This document shows, piece after piece, positions 38,766 to 49,816 of a stretch of 64,000 bases of DNA. The stretch is taken from contig MU054323.1 in NCBI GenBank assembly GCA_013239625.1, positions 4,380,214-4,444,213 on the forward strand, given 5' to 3'. A program made the position numbers and the translations under genes. Each line of letters opens with the position of its first letter. Within the stretch, counting starts at the first letter, position 1. The DNA comes from Lama guanicoe. Taxonomy: Eukaryota. The notes under the pieces were generated by a model. That model was not told where the DNA came from. It was given only the letters and a program-made list of their open reading frames with translations, and ran no database searches.

Positions 38766-40539
38766 GCACATCTTGACCCAGCAATAAATGGCAGAGGAAA
38801 AAGACCCAAATCTCAAAGGGACAAAGCATTCTCTTATGAGAGAGGCTTCTCTTCTTCGGGGAAGAGAGAAGGACAGAAGTAAAGCTCTGTCTTGAAGGAG
38901 GAAAAGTGAGCTTGGGAATCAGAGGAAAGAGCTCCTGGACATGGGGCAGATGCCAGGGGGCCTTTGGGATATTGAAGCTTGGAGTCTCACTCACACAGTT
39001 CACGTCTTCCATTCAGTTTTTATCAGTTCAAATAACATTTCCTGGGCATCGTTTATTTTAGACCTTGTGTTAACTCTTGAAAGACAAGGATAAGCAGACC
39101 CAGCTCCTGCTCTCCTGCACCTCTGAGTTAATTGATAGTTAATCAATTAGCTATCACGTACCTTAGTAAGTACCAGCATATGCTGACTGTTCACTGATGC
39201 TCGCAATCTCCGAATAAGCTTCTGTGTACACAAATGTGCCTCTTGCCTAATGCAAAACATCGATGGAAAAATGATACATAGATGGAAAACACGCTATCTA
39301 GAGATACTGAGACCGTGAAAGAAATGAGGTCAGAGACCAGAGAGTGTGTGTGTGTGCATGAGAGAGAGTGAGACGGAGATCAAGCAAACAAGAGAAATAA
39401 TATTTGCAATAAACTCCCAAGGTCAGCAATGAAAGCAACGAGAATAAATACTCTTAATAAGGAGGCAGACAAGTAAAAGGGGGAAAATATCAAAGGGATA
39501 TAGCCTGTGACTGGAGCAGGCATAACCATGATAGAATTTGCAGAGCCGTGTTTAAAAATTCCCTCCAGGATGAGTGTTTCCAGGCCAGACCTCAGCGTCT
39601 TCACTGCACCTTTATATTATCGACCCATCACTCTTTCCTCCCACTCACCAGCTTATTTTGAGGTGCTCGTTGGGTGAAGCAGGCGTTGGAAAACAATGGG
39701 AGCTGAAAAAATGCACAAAACCCAGAAAAAGAAGTGCAGGTTATATGAAGCCTCTTTCACTTAACTGCCAGCATAAAGGCCCAAACATGCAGGAGTATGA
39801 ATAATCGAAGTAAATTTTAATTAGCTTTAATCTTTCCTTGTTCTCCTATAAATAGGGTGGGCTGTTTCCAAGGTTCTGACTATTACCTTGACATGTATGT
39901 AGCATTTACTGGTACACAGAAACACTGTGCAACAATTTAGGATAGATATTAAAGAAAAATGCCTTACTCAATGTAAACTGTAGGGATAATTTAGGCTGGC
40001 AGAATGTAATTACCCAAACTGGAACACGTTCCTCAGGGAGCAAGAACGCGGGAGAAGATGGTGTGCGGCTGCACCCTGTGCTGAAAGCAGCAGTTTCAGA
40101 AAGTGGAAAGGAAATGGACCAGGGATGAAAGTTCCCGGAGAAGAGCTGCCCTCTCTGACGGCCTTGAGTGAGAAGCGGAGGACGGGGCGGGGGCTGCTGT
40201 GTCGGAGGGGCCTTTAGGCTCACTCCATCTGACGCTGTCTCCTCTCCCGGTGGGTACTTGGTCTCCACTTGAGCACTGCTTGTGGGAGGGAGTTGATGGC
40301 CTCCCCAGAAGGAGCGAAGTGACCCCTTTTATGGAGTAAAGAGCTCACATTCCTCAATGTCTGTCGCCTGGACTTTGGCCTCTTAGAACCATGCAATATA
40401 CCTACCTCCTACTCTACCAGATAACTTTCAAACATCTAAATATAATTTCCATTGACTCTCCAACTCTTCTTCCCCCAGCTAAATGTCTTCTCTGCTTTTA
40501 ATTGTGCACTAAATCATGCAATTCTCGACCCTTAACTAT

Positions 40540-40860
40540 TTTAATCCAGCATCTCAAGACAGGCTGTCATTTTTTTTTTCTATTCTAGTTTTCAGAATTG
40601 AATACATCACTCTGGTACATAAGAGGGCTGGCCCACCACCTTCATAGATCTGGACAATATTTTCTGTTAATCTATCTAAAGAAGTTTTTTTGACAGTCAC
40701 ATCACATTGTTGACTCAAGTTGGATCAGAAACTCTACAAACTCAGTTCCTTTTCTGAGTGTCCTAATGGTGATTGGTCCTGAGGTCTCCTAGAACTTTCT
40801 TCTTTTCACCCATTCTTAGACCACTGATATATGTCAACTCTTTTTTAATACCTATATTGA
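40540..40860 (-). mobile_element. CR1/L3 LINE fragment
   Basis: gaattgaatacatcactc...ctggacaatattttctgttaat...tttttgacagtcacatcacattgttgactca matches the antisense CR1/L3 RT 3' region. Confidence 0.6.
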
Positions 40861-41878
40861 AGTTTCTAATATTTCCATATTATCATTACTATTATTTTTT
40901 TTTAATTTTAAAGTAACAATTCATATTCATAAAAAATAAAGAATCCCCATTCTGCTATTTAAGCCACGAATGGTTTCAGAGCTACACGCAGAAGTGTTTG
41001 GGGATTTGACCTTGCAAATGCAGGACTAGCTGATTGGTGTGGACAGAGGGAAAGCATCTCACACCGTGTTTGAGGTGAAATGACGTCTTACATCTTACAT
41101 CAGCCTGGCACAATGGATCACGTTGTCTTTTCTGTTCTCCTGACCACACCAGGTGAAGCCTATAAATGGCAACACTACCCTAGCCAACAATTAATTGAAA
41201 ATTCATGGGTCTCTAGGTTTTCTGTTGAAATTTTTTCTGGCTTTGGTCCAAATTCTATTAGTCTCAGCATCCCTATTCAGATAGCAAGGATATGTCATAA
41301 TAATATAATAAAGATCTTGTTGATTAATCCTATTTCCAAGTGGGTCCCATGTCATTACATTGATGTCCAGTAAGAGGTCAGGGGATGAGGATGTGTGCGG
41401 ATGTTTAGGGGTGTCTACACTGTCACTTATCAAGGAAGCAAATTTGAAATTGCTTTGAGTTTCTACCCTCACAGTGTTTTCCTCTATGTTCCTTCCTTTC
41501 TGCACTATTAAGTTCAATTAGAAGAGACTCTCTCTGTCAGTGGATTTTTTGGTCACAGCTAAAGCACAAATTTTGGAAAGAAATTGATACAAACCTATTG
41601 GTTTCATTCCATACCGAAGGACTAAATGATGGGGGTGAGGACTGTGCACAATAATAATGGGCAAATGGGTAGCTCAAGGTGTATAAAGGTGCGTATCTAT
41701 AAACAGTGCATGTTTCAATTATGTGTATTTGGGGATGATGTGGAAATGTTCCCATAAAAGATTCGCTAGGATCACAACTCACTATGTCACGCTATTCCAC
41801 ACCTCCCCGTTCTGTACCACAGCACACCCTGCTCTCTTGCTCTGTGTCTCTCTGCCTTTGCTGTCTTTCTCTTTATAG

Positions 41879-41895
41879 GATCAGAATCCGAAAAA
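41879..41895 (+). CDS. Candidate 17-nt microexon of an unidentified large gene (coding status unproven)
   Basis: About 50 nt of AG-free pyrimidine tract ending ctttctctttatag, then GATCAGAATCCGAAAAA, then gtaagt. There is no stop in any frame (DQNPK / IRIRK / SESEK). Confidence 0.5.
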
Positions 41896-43129
41896 GTAAG
41901 TCCTTTTGATTATTCTCCAGGTTAAAATATGGGTTTGACTTTTGCAGCATTGAGTGATTTCATGAGAACTGGGATTTTCATGAGTCTTATCAAAAAATCC
42001 GTGGTCTCCTCTTCAGTAGGGAGAAAAGGCTCCTGAGCAGACCCAACCGTCCACCCTGTGCAGCAGTGCGGTGTGGAGACCACCATTACCACGACTGAAA
42101 CAACCAAGTCAGGACAGCCCCTCAGGGATTCTCGCTCCTGATTTATCCGATGTCTTTTCCCAACACGTTTTTCATCCCAGAGTTTCTCCACAGCTTACAT
42201 CTTGATTTTGTGTTCTTTGTTTTACCTTTCGCTTGTTTTGGGGGTGTGGAAGTAATATTGCATTAGAGCATTTGTTATCCAAACAATGTGAGGGGAAAAA
42301 AAGAAAACTATTGTCTTCAACTAGAAAAGTAGATAATGGAATTAGATTTCTTTGCCTTTTTCATTAACAATTGCTACTCATGTGCCATTCTGAGGGAAAT
42401 CAACAGCATTTAATTTCATTGTTTTTGGCTTTCTTGGCACATGTTAAAGAAGAAGGAGGCTGGTGAGACTGCAGTCTTGGGCTTCTCTCCCCTTGGGCAG
42501 CGTGGAAGCCTGAGGGCAGGTTTTTCCTAACACAGGAGCTCGGGAGCTGCCCCTGGCTCCTCAGGCAGGCTGTAGGGACAAGTGCTGTCTGGGCCACAAT
42601 GCCAGGCAAGCAGTAGGGCACAGCCTTCAACACAAAGCAGCTGAAAAGATGTGTGACACCAGCATGGCTACTGGTTCCAGATGCCACACCTGGAGCGCGA
42701 GCACGCAGACGGACAGCTGCGTGTTGCTGTGAACTGGACCCCGCGTTGGGGAATAACTGTCATCTAAGCTCGGTTCCTTGGAGATGAGCTCTGTCACCTT
42801 CTCTGCATTTTTCTTGGCCAAGTCCAGCTGTGGAGAAGGATCTGAGCCACAGCAAGCAGACATTCTCACTTGGATTCTGCCCTGGTGCTTGTTACCTGCC
42901 CCCAGCTGTCCCAGCTCCCCCGGCCCCTCCACACTCCATACCTCCGAAGCAGCGTTTCTGCGAGCAACTGCAGCCCTCTGCTTTGCTTTCCTTGGCTTTC
43001 CTGGAATTGTTTAACCATTCGGGACAGTCTTAGAAGGAAAATGCCTATATGGCATAGCTTTTATTTTTTAAGCTATATATAATTATAGGTAATAATACAA
43101 TAAGTAATTATGGATATTTAGGTAATTAT

Positions 43130-43243
43130 AGATTATTATAACTGAAAAAGAGGAATGAAATGAATTTTATTTTTCAGTAATTTTCGAGATTATTATAACT
43201 GAAAAAGAGGAATGAAATGAATTTTATTTTTCAGTAATTTTCG
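43130..43243. repeat. Perfect 57-bp tandem duplication
   Basis: agattattataactgaaaaagaggaatgaaatgaattttatttttcagtaattttcg occurs at 43130-43186 and 43187-43243. Confidence 0.95.
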
Positions 43244-43324
43244 GCTTTATTTTCATCTGCTTGAATAACTGTTGTGACCTATACTAATGCATTTAAAAAC
43301 AAACCAAAATATTTGCTAACCCAG

Positions 43325-43325
<1 letters not shown>

Positions 43326-43372
<47 letters not shown>

Positions 43373-43525
43373 TGCATACACATATATAGGTAATATATAA
43401 TACACACATATATACATACACCCTTATATGCATATATACACAACATACATACATTCATATGTATATACACTACACATGTGTACATATACATACGTCCCCA
43501 TTAATATGTGTGTGCATATATATCC
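43326..43525. repeat. (CA)n plus degenerate (CATA/TA)n low-complexity tract
   Basis: Seen directly. Confidence 0.9.
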
Positions 43526-44807
43526 ATTTATTTGTTAAACAATCAATTATTTCTTGGTAAAAACATTGAAGGGTCACAGAGAGATGAGGAAAACTATCAC
43601 TGCCGTGTAGCTTATCTAGCACAGGAAACAGTTGGAAATGCTGTAACTTACAAGTATCCGGGTAATTCCTGTAAAGCAATGGTTTTGAGGTCACGATAAT
43701 TTCCTTTCTTCCCTCTTTGGTCATTGAGGTGAATTAAGAATGTTCACCATGTGAATGTTTCCTGCGGTTTCTGACTCAGCTTCTCTCATCGTGAGCTTCT
43801 CTGCTTGCTTAGAACTGACCCCTGAACACAGAGCTCTCAAAATCTAAAATTAACTTGTTCTTAACAATTTCTGCCTTGCTTCAGTACCTTGTCTCTAGGA
43901 AAACTTAATGTTCATCCCAGCACCTGGCGCATGGCAAGCTTTCAACAAACGTTAGTTGACAGAATAATGGCTGATATTCTGACTCCAGTTCTTATCTCCT
44001 GGCCGTTTTCTGGCCATTGCCACTGATGCGGTGTTGGTTAGTTCTTTGCACTAAGACTGTTTTTATCCAATTAAGTGTTGAGAAGATACAGTTGTTTGAA
44101 CAGAGTTTTAAGAAATTCATTCAGTGTTTAAAATCAACCAGTTCTATTAAGTATCCATACATTTCTTTCTTTCTTCCTCTCTTTTATGGCCAGGGATTTC
44201 AGACTTTGTCACCTGAGGAGTAACTCTGTCCCTTTGCTTAAAAAAGTCTATTCTTTCGTGTATGTGGTATATACAGATTTCAAAATCATACGTAAACTTC
44301 AACATAAGGTAAAAGTATAATTCTGTATACAAAAATGCTGTCTTGGTATGTAGAATCTTGCCTGCAATTTAGGAAATAATCTTGTTATAAAACTGGCAGG
44401 CAAAAACCACCCTATTTTCCTGCTGACCTCCACCAGGCTACTCACCCTGGAAACTCCAGGGCAAGAGGAGGCAGCTCTTTCCAGGCTCAGGCCTGGGGCC
44501 CCTGATTAACTTTTGGCTTTGAATTTATTTTATTTTTCTGAATAAATAGGAGCAACAGGAGGTATGTAGGCTGCAGTGCAGTTAAGTGATTGGCAGAAAT
44601 TGGAAACTGTGCATAACATAATCCTGTTCATCTTTTTGCAACGAATTATAAGGCCACCCTCTCCATGCAGTTGTTTGTATCAGGAGAGGTGTGAGCAGGA
44701 GACACAGGAATGTAGATTGCTCTGAAAACAGGATTCAAGGGTCTGGAAGCTGTGAGCAGACTTGTTTGTTTTCAAATGAGGATACAAGTAATGACCGATA
44801 ATAACAC

Positions 44808-44808
<1 letters not shown>

Positions 44809-44832
<24 letters not shown>
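44809..44832. repeat. (TG)n microsatellite
   Basis: Seen directly. Confidence 0.95.
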
Positions 44833-44838
<6 letters not shown>

Positions 44839-45906
44839 TCACTGTACTGTCTTCTTAGTAATGTAGCATCGGCAGGAAGCTTAAGAATGTGGCCCATTAA
44901 ACAATATCTCATATTTTCTCTTGGTGTGAAGATTCTGTCTTTTCAGTTTCTCACTCACATTCTGGGTTGGTGGACCTAAAAGTGAGGTGGGGGAAGGCCT
45001 GCAAACATCAGTAGGCTCCAAAGGCCAGTTCCTGCTTAGATCTCACAAGACTCTGGGGATGGTCTCTTATTGTCATTTTTCTTTCCTTAAAGGGGGCAGA
45101 GTGGGAGGGATGTTAACGGGATATACAGTGCTTGCCCTCATGTTGCTCACAGCGTTCTTAGAGAATCAAGAGTTATGCTCAGATTTTGTAGGGACTGACA
45201 CAGACATTCTGGAACTAGGATAAAAACCCTGTCACTGCTTCTAGTGTATAAATAAGCCTGATCATGAGATGTGAAGTTTACTGGGTGTGCAGCGTCCTGC
45301 CCCGAGCCTTGTCTTGCTGTAGCAGAGCAGCAATGGTGAGCAGATGGCTTTTCTGATCTGAACTTATAGGTAGTCCCTCTACTGATTACAAGAGAGCTAC
45401 TTTTCCTTCCTACATCAACCCAAAATAGAGGCTATATTTCATGTTGTCTGGTGGTAGGACAAGAACAGTGCCTCTCACAATGTTACATTCGTTGATACAT
45501 TGAGATTAAATTTGAGGGGAAGAAGAGAATAGAGCTTTATGGTTTATGCTGCAGATTCATTTATACAAGCGACTAAGTAAATGTATCCCCAAAAAGGGTG
45601 GATCAATATGGCTAAGATAACTTGGATCAGATCTCCTATCTCTATGTCTTTTTAATCAATGCCATGTCTGAAAACACTGGAGGCAGACGAATTGCATTTT
45701 CATTTGGCTCACGTTAGAGGGTCAATTTAATAAGCTGTTTGATAGACAGGGTTCAAATAATCCTGCCAAGCTAGACTGATAGGTTCAAACATATAAATCA
45801 TAATAAGCTTTTATTTAACATCTGCTATCTGCTAGACATAGAAGACAGAACTGTACAGTTACTATCTCAGAAAGTGCTATGTACTATGTATTAAAAAAGC
45901 TATGAA

Positions 45907-47060
45907 GGGACTTCCAGCTTCCTGTCCAGCATGTAAGAAACATGGAAATCACCACTTCATCCTAACAAGTATGTAAAAAACTGGAGATCATAATAAGTGA
46001 AGGAAGCCAGAAAGAGAAAGAAAAATATCATATTGTATCACTTATATGTGGAGTCTAAAAAAAAAAGACAGAAAGGAACTTATTTATAAATCAGAAACAG
46101 ACTCACAGACATAAAAAACAAATGTACGGTTACCAGGGGAGGGGGAAGAGATAGATTAGGAGTTCGAGATTTGCAGATACTAACTACTATATATAAAATA
46201 GGTAAACAACTTTATACTGTATAGCACAGGGAACTATATTCAATATCCTGTAGGAACTTATAATGAAAATGATAAAGAATATGAAAAGGAATGTATGTAT
46301 GTTCATGTATGACTGAGACAGTATGCTGTACACCAGAAATTGACATAACATTATAAACTGACTATACTTCAATTAAAAAAATAAAAAAGCAGAACAAACT
46401 GAAAATTCAACAACTCTTCTTAGGTCCGTAAGAGAAGGGAGGTCACAGGGTAAACCACTGTCCCCCAGATCGAACTGGAGAGACCAACAGGCCAATATAA
46501 AGAATCACAGCTTCCCAGGGCAGAACCCCACGAGAACCAGTGCTGGGTCAGGGAGAGCTGAACTGTCTTTGACCAATTGCTGGAGGCTGAGTGTGGACAA
46601 CTCTGAGAGCTCAAATCTCCAGAGAGGTTCAGTCTTAGTGGGGGCTCCCACACTTTCGTGAGTGTTACTTCCAGGAGCTCTATTAGGCCCTCACAGTGAA
46701 TATCAGAGAAAAATCCTCCATTGTGAAAAGTGCCAGAACATTCTGTTCTTATCAAGGTCTGCGCTCAGAGGAAACTGTTACTGGAGCCTAACCTGCAAGA
46801 GTGTTATCAGAGCCTAACTGACCTGGAGGGAGGGAAACTCCAACCCACTCTAGCCATCCTGTTCCCACTAAGGGGAGAGAAAATAAAAACTGAAAAAATA
46901 GTTGTGAAATTCATCGTCCTGAGGCATAGGCCTGCTAAAAAACTGAGACTTAATTTTAAGACTGTAGAATGCTTCCCTCCCCCCACACCTTCCACAAGGG
47001 CACTAAAGGCCTGTTTACATCAGCTCCTGTCATGTAGTGCATTACGTCCACCTATCAAGA
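45907..47060 (+). mobile_element. Old L1 5' region (L1MC/L1M4-like), interrupted by a younger L1
   Basis: ggacttccagcttcctgtccagcatgtaag...cctaacaag continues after the insert as gaacaaactgaaaattcaacaactcttcttag...aggtcacagggtaaaccactg. Confidence 0.65.
45981..46388 (+). mobile_element. Younger 5'-truncated L1 (cetartiodactyl/camelid-type 3' UTR) with A tail
   Basis: aagtgaaggaagccagaaagagaaag...cagaaacagactcacagacat...ctgtatagcacagggaactatattcaatatc...aactgactatacttcaattaaaaaaataaaaaa, with taaaaaa at both ends. Confidence 0.9.
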
Positions 47061-47199
47061 GTCTATAAACAGTATTTCACTTATTGTATTCAGTTGACTT
47101 TCATTATTGGGTTATAAGAATTTTTTAAAAATATATTCTGTGCAAAAGCCCTTGTCAAATATATATTTTGCAAATTAAAAAGAAAGCTACAAAGTAGAT

Positions 47200-47325
47200 A
47201 CTACAACAATGCCCAATTAATAGGTAAGGAAACTGATGTTCAGAAAAGTGATGCATCCAAGGTCACATAGCTAGTAAGTGGTGGAGCCAGGATTTGAACT
47301 TGAGTAGCCAACCGCTATGCCGTGT
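47200..47325 (-). mobile_element. MIR fragment
   Basis: ggaaactgatgttcagaaaagtgatgcatccaaggtcacatagctagtaagtggtggagccaggatttgaac. Confidence 0.85.
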
Positions 47326-47551
47326 CAGATGGTTAGGTCTTAATATAGCCTTATGTTACCTTATATACACCTTCAGATGTACCTTTTATTTTAGGTAAAA
47401 TTAATAACTGTTGTTCAAGACTGGGCAAATATCACTGTTAATATTTGCAAGAAAGGGCTTTCAGATTTCAGTAACTTTAAGGTCAACCTGAACCAAAAGC
47501 ATAAGAAGGCTATTTGGAAAACCAGATGTAAGTCTGAGCTACATAACAGCT

Positions 47552-47672
47552 CAGGGCAAGCAGTAATCTCACTGTGTACCAAGACCCCATTTAGGGTGGC
47601 ACTGATTTTTTTTAAAGCTCCTTTAAAGTGCATTGCATCCAGAGGACAACAGTACGATTTCTGAAGGCCCTG
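47552..47672. mobile_element. Short hAT-Tip100 MITE (MER91-like)
   Basis: Begins CAGGGC and ends GCCCTG (short terminal inverted repeats), about 120 bp. Confidence 0.35.
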
Positions 47673-47689
47673 GAACACACTGCCAAATT

Positions 47690-48120
47690 AATGCAACAGT
47701 ATTAACTGAGCATTCGGTGATGAGTATTAGGGTATAATGATGAACAGAACAATGCTCGTCTCAAGAAATCTTGAGGTTCAAGAAATGTAGGGTATTTATC
47801 CCAAAGAAGAGGTGACTTGATGGCAGGATGAGGTGTGTTTTAATTACCAAAGACATTTAAATACCTGTTCTGTGTCACACATTCTGTTGGAGAATAGACA
47901 GGGATGCACAAATACATCGCAGTGTCCATTCTCAAGGAGATCACAGTCTAGTGGGTGAGGGCAGCCCCACGCGCTCAGCTGTGATACGGTGAACCATACA
48001 TTAGCAATAGAAACCACAGGCAGCCCGCTGTAGAACACGACAGATCAGCAGATGTGATTCTGTTTGTTTGAGGAGGGGCCCAGAAGGGGGTCACTTGATA
48101 GCTTTCTGCGAATATTTTAG
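47690..48120 (-). mobile_element. L2 fragments (two 3' pieces)
   Basis: caacagtattaactgagcatt... and acatttaaatacctgttctgtgtc...ttctcaaggagatcacagtctagtggg. Confidence 0.6.
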
Positions 48121-48879
48121 GAGTTGCTATTTGGCACAAGAAACAGATTTGTCAAGAAAAAAAAAATAGAGCCCTCCAGAAGGAACAGAAAAGTTTAGAA
48201 GAAAACTTTTTATTAATAGGTGGAACTTTTTTTCTAGCAATAAAAGATGAGACGGCCGAATAGGTTACCATTAAACAAAAAAGGAGCGATTTTTACATCA
48301 CTGACCATGTCCTAGCAGCGTCTCTCCCACCGCCCAACAGGGGTGTTGTGGACTAGATTCCTGACGTCGTGAAAGTTTGGACAAATGAATCGTAAGGTCC
48401 CTCCAAATTCTAAGAATCTGTTATTGGCACGAGCAGCTTCCTAAATTAGAAAGAGCTGCTTCAGGAAATGTTGATTTGGTTTGTTCTCTAGATATTTTAC
48501 AGCAGTAGGGTTTTCCTGACATGAGCCTTGCATTAGCCTTCTGTGTAAGGCCTGGCACCTGTATCTTTGTATCATTTGGCTTGTGCTCATTTCAGGACTG
48601 TAGTCTGTTAATTCTATTGTCCAATAATTTTAGAAAAACGATTATTGTCCAATGAACCTATCCTCCAAGAGACCAAAACAGCATTACAACTTCCAGCTAA
48701 AGCGGTGCTGATTTCCTCAGTTTTCAGCCTTGAAAATGGCCAAGCACTTCTCACTTGGTCCTGTCTCTATGATCTGGGAATCCTACGTCATGTCAGCTGA
48801 GGACGTCCACACTTTCCTAGGGAGATTTCTTCTCATCCAGATTACTCTAAGGACAGTTATTGATGTTCAGTCCTCTCTT

Positions 48880-49240
48880 TTTGGAGCAGTGGAAAGTACA
48901 GGGCACCAGGATTCAGAAATGCTGGGTTCAGTTGTTTGCTTTGTCACTTAACGTCTGTGTGAATTCTCTGCTCTGAGACTTGGATTCCTCTACTATAAAC
49001 CATAAGAGATGCACTGAATCGGGGGACAGCAGCCTGGCTTCTTCGAAGTTTTTTTTGAAGAGCTTTTAAACAACCCATTCTAGAGCCTCAGCCTCAGGGA
49101 GTCTGATTCAGTAGATCTTGAGTAGGAAAAGGAAAAGGAAATAATATTAAGTTCTTTTGAGGATCCTGATGGTACAGCCCAATTTGGGAACTGGTAAGAT
49201 AATTTCTAAGGCCCCTATCAGTTCTAAGAGTCTATTCTAA
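48880..49240 (+). mobile_element. MIR3-like SINE interrupted by MER5A (about 49025-49195)
   Basis: Head gcagtggaaagtacagggc...ctgggttc and tail tctaaggcccctatcagttctaagagtct flank the MER5 motif gagtctgattcagtagatct...gaggatcctgatg...tttgggaactg. Confidence 0.6.
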
Positions 49241-49261
49241 GAGTTTATGAGTTGGTGATTC

Positions 49262-49331
49262 TCTTTTTTCCTTCTTCAAAACTTCAGTGATTTTATATAT
49301 ATAAATATAAATATAAGTATGTGTGTGTGTG

Positions 49332-49383
<52 letters not shown>

Positions 49384-49604
49384 CTTAGAAAGAAAAGGCT
49401 TTTACGCACCACAGCCCATGTGGAAAAATTCAATTCACTTGTGATTATAGGCAACATCATTTTATTTTAACAATTTCCTTTTCTAATGCTGCTCAAGTAG
49501 TTTGAAGAAGTGTCCGAAAAATAAAAAAGCCGAGAGAAAATCTTTTTTCAAAAATTTCAGTGATTTTATATATATATATATAAATATAAATGTGTGTGTG
49601 TGTG

Positions 49605-49656
<52 letters not shown>

Positions 49657-49816
49657 AAATCTTAGAAAGAAAAGGCTTTTACGCACCACAGCCCATGTGG
49701 AAAAATTCAATTCACTTGTGATTATAGGCAACATCATTTTATTTTAACAATTTCCTTTTCTAATGCTGCTCAAGTAGTTTGAAGAAGTGTCCGAAAAATA
49801 AAAAAGCCGAGAGAAA
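49262..49816. repeat. About 277-bp tandem duplication, each copy holding a (TA)n(TG)n(TA)n microsatellite
   Basis: Copies lie at about 49262-49540 and 49541-49816. The ~160 bp after the microsatellite reads identical in both copies; the microsatellite lengths differ. Confidence 0.95.

Noticed and set aside
38518..39012. 164-aa ORF on the - strand
   Set aside because: It overlaps an L2 fragment and has no protein-like features.
45092..45120. Possible G-quadruplex (four G runs)
   Set aside because: Loops reach 8 nt, it is isolated, and such motifs are common in mammalian DNA.
47381..47400. ccttttattttag|gtaaaa as a recursive splice site
   Set aside because: The pyrimidine tract is short and the regenerated donor is weak.
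48431..48461. Hairpin agcagct...agctgct as a pre-miRNA
   Set aside because: The stem is too short (about 30 nt in total) and I recognise no mature miRNA.
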